A stretch of 53,314 nucleotides of DNA, counting the filler, from Bipalium vagum (lineage: Eukaryota), in NCBI GenBank assembly GCA_037834085.1. It is 3 parts of 3 records of this genome, joined end to end, with 100 filler letters (N's around TTAATTAATTAA, not from the genome) between each part and the next. Parts side by side here need not be neighbours in the genome. Positions count along the whole stretch, not along the records: positions 36,728 to 53,314 come from JBBMKC010104156.1; 2 more parts are not named here. The stretch is one strand, 5' to 3'. The translations under genes and the position numbers were made by a program. Shown here in pieces: positions 52,794 through 53,314 of the stretch. The stretch's first letter is position 1, and the number at the start of each line of letters is the position of its first letter. The notes under the pieces were generated by a model. That model worked only from the letters and a program-made list of their open reading frames with translations, was not told where the DNA came from and ran no database searches.

Positions 52794-53314
52794 ATGGCAA
52801 GAAAATCTCATTCAAGGGAAAGCATACTAAGAAACAGGGTGTACCAATTCAAGAATATACATCCAAGTTTCACTAAAAGTGCTATTACAAAGCACTTTAT
52901 GATTGAAGGTATCCCAAAATCAACAATTTATTCAATTCTTAAACGAATGGACAATAATTTAAGCGCAGAGAGAAAAGTCGGTTCTGGTCGAAAAGCTGTT
53001 AAGATGTGCCAATCTCAGGTAAACCGATTGAGTAAACTTATTGACCATAAAGATGGAATTAGCCAAAGGATGCTAGCCAGGAAATTTAAAATATGCCAAC
53101 AATATGTGTCACGAACAATAAAGACAAAAACGAAAATTCGATATCGGAAAAAAGTTAAAGTTCCAAAGCGAAATCAGGTCCAAAAGGATGCTCTTCGTCC
53201 CAAGTGTTCTGCATTGATAAGGATTTTACGAAACAATATTGTTGTCATGGATGATGAGTCATATTTCTATTTAAGCAACTATAAATTGTCTGGTAACTCT
53301 GGATATTACACCTC
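52794..53314 (+). CDS. Uninterrupted Tc1/mariner-superfamily transposase (DD37E/L31-like), runs off window end
   Basis: ATG at 52794 and 173 codons with no stop: IPKSTIYSILKR, GSGRK, SQRMLARKFKI and VMDDESYF. Absent from the ORF track because it has no stop in the window. Confidence 0.88.
   Translation, partial: MARKSHSRESILRNRVYQFKNIHPSFTKSAITKHFMIEGIPKSTIYSILKRMDNNLSAERKVGSGRKAVKMCQSQVNRLSKLIDHKDGISQRMLARKFKICQQYVSRTIKTKTKIRYRKKVKVPKRNQVQKDALRPKCSALIRILRNNIVVMDDESYFYLSNYKLSGNSGYYT

Overview
Very AT-rich eukaryotic DNA with short 43-113 nt GT-AG introns and (AAT)n microsatellites; most consistent with a planarian/triclad flatworm, though the host is an inference. The window is probably three contigs joined by artificial N44-TTAATTAATTAA-N44 linkers (19886-19985, 36628-36727), so synteny across those points is unproven. 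Five host genes are supported: RRP5/PDCD11 (-), the last two exons of a LIN-66-like cold-shock/OB-fold protein (+), a small Ashwin/C2orf49-like gene (+), CDK9 (-), and a single-peptide CCK/sulfakinin-type neuropeptide precursor (+). The rest is largely transposon remnants: full-length decayed mariner and Tc1 (IR-DR) copies, a long-TIR rosa-like copy, pogo/Tigger, Gypsy and possibly Penelope fragments, and an uninterrupted DD37E-like transposase ORF running off the right edge. The most striking unannotated structure is a family of ~1 kb solo LTRs (five copies, three with 4-bp TSDs, one nested inside another). They carry a palindrome-rich promoter, a variable tandem-repeat slot, a conserved GNRA-capped RNA hairpin, a 5' splice-site-like GTGAG and a palindromic poly(A) signal.
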